DNA of 63,929 nt, the filler included, from Lama guanicoe (taxonomy: Eukaryota), in assembly GCA_013239625.1 (NCBI GenBank). It is 202 parts of 202 records of this genome, joined end to end, with 100 filler letters (N's around TTAATTAATTAA, not from the genome) between each part and the next. Parts side by side here need not be neighbours in the genome. Positions count along the whole stretch, not along the records: positions 61,494 to 61,710 come from PNXV01039076.1; positions 61,811 to 62,027 come from PNXV01039077.1; positions 62,128 to 62,344 come from PNXV01039078.1; positions 62,445 to 62,661 come from PNXV01039079.1; positions 62,762 to 62,978 come from PNXV01039080.1; positions 63,079 to 63,295 come from PNXV01039081.1; positions 63,396 to 63,612 come from PNXV01039082.1; positions 63,713 to 63,929 come from PNXV01039083.1; 194 more parts are not named here. One strand, 5' to 3'. Within the stretch, counting starts at the first letter, position 1. Each line of letters opens with the position of its first letter. The notes beneath the pieces were generated by a model. It saw only the letters and a list, made by a program, of their open reading frames with translations. It searched no databases and was not told the origin of the DNA. The translations under genes and the position numbers were made by a program. This document shows positions 61,394 through 63,929 of this stretch, one piece after another.

Positions 61394-62444
61394 NNNNNNN
61401 NNNNNNNNNNNNNNNNNNNNNNNNNNNNNNNNNNNNNTTAATTAATTAANNNNNNNNNNNNNNNNNNNNNNNNNNNNNNNNNNNNNNNNNNNNAATGTCT
61501 CAGAGAATTACTGTGGATGTGATGCATGTCACTCAACAGTAATATCAAATAATGGATGTGTAAACACGCAGGTGAGGGATCCAGGGCTCACGTGCATGGC
61601 TCCTTGTGTGTGAATTTAATAAGTGAGGCTCAGAATGATTGAATAATTTGACCCAGATCATCTAGAGAGCAACTGAAAGAGCCGATAAAGAACAGTTCTT
61701 ATTTTCTTTGNNNNNNNNNNNNNNNNNNNNNNNNNNNNNNNNNNNNNNNNNNNNTTAATTAATTAANNNNNNNNNNNNNNNNNNNNNNNNNNNNNNNNNN
61801 NNNNNNNNNNACTGGACGGGGAGGACTCAGCAGAGCTTACAGGAGAATTGGGGAAGCCAATTGGGGAAGCTGTCATGCCGGCTGCTGGAGTGGGGTTGCA
61901 AGGAGGAGGTGGAGAGACTGGAAGGCTGTTGTCTCCCATGGCTACTGCTTCTGAGACTGTAGCCCAGCATGGGGGTCGGGTGGGGGGACCAATATGTGGC
62001 AGGGGCCTCGAACTGTTATTGGTCAGANNNNNNNNNNNNNNNNNNNNNNNNNNNNNNNNNNNNNNNNNNNNTTAATTAATTAANNNNNNNNNNNNNNNNN
62101 NNNNNNNNNNNNNNNNNNNNNNNNNNNCTCACCTGGAGTAACATCTGACCACTGGGCACCGCGGCCCAGCCAAGCCGACGGGGCTTCTGGGGGGCGGGGG
62201 GCGTTCTGATTAAGCTCAGAATCACTTCCCTGGGTCTTCACGGCTTAGTTTCTTTTACTGCGTCTTAGCTTTTAGATTTAGGACCTTTGGAAGGTAGAGT
62301 CTCATCAGATCACCAAAATGTGCGCAAAACCCGCTTTTCCTGCANNNNNNNNNNNNNNNNNNNNNNNNNNNNNNNNNNNNNNNNNNNNTTAATTAATTAA
62401 NNNNNNNNNNNNNNNNNNNNNNNNNNNNNNNNNNNNNNNNNNNN

Positions 62445-62661
62445 AGGAGTCAAAGGTGATGCCAGTGTTTTGTCCCAAGCAGTCATTTACTGACATGAAG
62501 AACCAGTAGGCAAGAAGGCCAGAGGGAAGAGGCAGGTGGTAAAATTGGGATCTCCAACCTGAGGTGCTTCGTTGAAGACAGTTGTGATACACCCGAGAGA
62601 GCAGAGAGGCTAAGGAAGCAGCTGGATAAAGGACCTGGAATTCAGAGGAATGGTCAAGGCC
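62445..62661 (-). mobile_element. LINE-2 fragment
   Basis: aggagtcaag.gatg..c.ag.tttt...catttactga.atg...aggcag.tggata...ggaattcagagga antisense L2 pattern. Confidence 0.6.
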
Positions 62662-63929
62662 NNNNNNNNNNNNNNNNNNNNNNNNNNNNNNNNNNNNNNN
62701 NNNNNTTAATTAATTAANNNNNNNNNNNNNNNNNNNNNNNNNNNNNNNNNNNNNNNNNNNNCTTTTTGTTATTTTTTCTTCTCCATGAAAGTCATTTTGA
62801 TAATTAGTCCGTTTATCACTGTGTTCCTTGATTTTAAGTTATTTCTGCTTCTTCACTATCTTGATTAAATTATCTTATACAGTGACCCCAAAAAAACTGC
62901 TGTTACTCCTTTTATTCACTGATTGATAGGGCAGTGAATATAGTTAGCAGAAATTTTGTAAAAACTGAAGTGTCTCATNNNNNNNNNNNNNNNNNNNNNN
63001 NNNNNNNNNNNNNNNNNNNNNNTTAATTAATTAANNNNNNNNNNNNNNNNNNNNNNNNNNNNNNNNNNNNNNNNNNNNACAGAGGAGAAAAGTGAGGTGC
63101 AGAGTGGTGAGATGACATACCACAGGGCACCCTGATTTTATGTAACCTGGAGAGCTGGCGGGCTCTTGGCTCCCTGTGGTCTGCCTGTGTGGAGAGCGTC
63201 TGAAAGGTAATGACAATGGCGTGGCTGACACCTCGGAACAAAGCTGACTGGCCCTTCAAGGCAGGCAGAGGCGTGTTCTGCCGAGCAAGGAGGATNNNNN
63301 NNNNNNNNNNNNNNNNNNNNNNNNNNNNNNNNNNNNNNNTTAATTAATTAANNNNNNNNNNNNNNNNNNNNNNNNNNNNNNNNNNNNNNNNNNNNCTCCA
63401 GAAAGGAGCCCCGAGTCCCTGTGACCTCAAAGGCATCCAACAAACAGCGTCCAGCACGCCATGGCTTCTGACCTGTGAATGTCCCCGATGGGCACCACCC
63501 CGTGGGAAGGACACTCTATTAGCAGGTCCCCGAGTTAGCCAGTGCGCACTGAAATGAGCACTCGGAGAACCAGGGAGTGGCTCCGACGGCTCTGCTGCCC
63601 GGATGGTCAGAANNNNNNNNNNNNNNNNNNNNNNNNNNNNNNNNNNNNNNNNNNNNTTAATTAATTAANNNNNNNNNNNNNNNNNNNNNNNNNNNNNNNN
63701 NNNNNNNNNNNNTCTAGCCCATTTTACAGGGCGCATTACTACCCATTATCCAGCTGATAAACTAATTCAATTTGCAAAGTTGCATCCATTTCTCTTCCCA
63801 AAAAATACTGTTCTCTCCCCCCTTTCCTCAGCTACCACGGTATTTACCGATGGATCATCTAATGGTATTGCAGCCTATAGTATTAAAGATAAAACTGTTT
63901 CTTGGCAAACATCTCAAACTTCTGCTCAA

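Larger units (their letters stand above)
1..63929. other. Artificial concatenation of 202 short contigs (216-217 bp) with 201 identical 100-bp linkers
   Basis: Strict 317-bp period; 197x217 + 5x216 + 201x100 = 63929 exactly. Neighbouring fragments are unrelated except for bubble pairs. Confidence 0.99.

Noticed and set aside
270..63259. The many 60-90 aa ORFs in the supplied track
   Set aside because: Most reach the length threshold only by reading through Ns, and the shared LIN or N endings are translated linker.
218..63712. CRISPR-like array: constant repeat with unique equal-length spacers
   Set aside because: The repeat is a 12-mer embedded in N runs, the spacers are 217-bp mammalian DNA, and there are no cas genes. 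It is a synthetic linker.

Overview
This window is not a contiguous locus. It is 202 unrelated mammalian genomic fragments (197 of 217 bp, five of 216 bp) joined by an identical synthetic 100-bp linker, N44-TTAATTAATTAA-N44, which is a palindrome with stop codons in all six frames. It looks like a length-sorted pseudo-scaffold of unplaced short contigs. Repeat content points to a camelid: a tRNA-Ala-derived vic-1-like SINE and camelid-type L1 3' ends, alongside eutherian MIR, L2, MLT1, MER5 and Tigger1 elements. Five near-identical fragment pairs all differ at offsets 50 and 168, which marks them as unpopped de Bruijn bubble arms (k about 49-50). Recognisable gene pieces are ITGA7 (two partial exons and an 88-bp intron), MOXD2 (partial exon) and VSTM4 (first coding exon), plus a few unidentified exons and CpG-island fragments. 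A degenerate (AGAATAT)n satellite with apparent higher-order structure occurs four times. I found no evidence of a novel multi-gene biological system, and adjacency between fragments carries no biological meaning. Gene and repeat names come from recall of the families, not from database searches.
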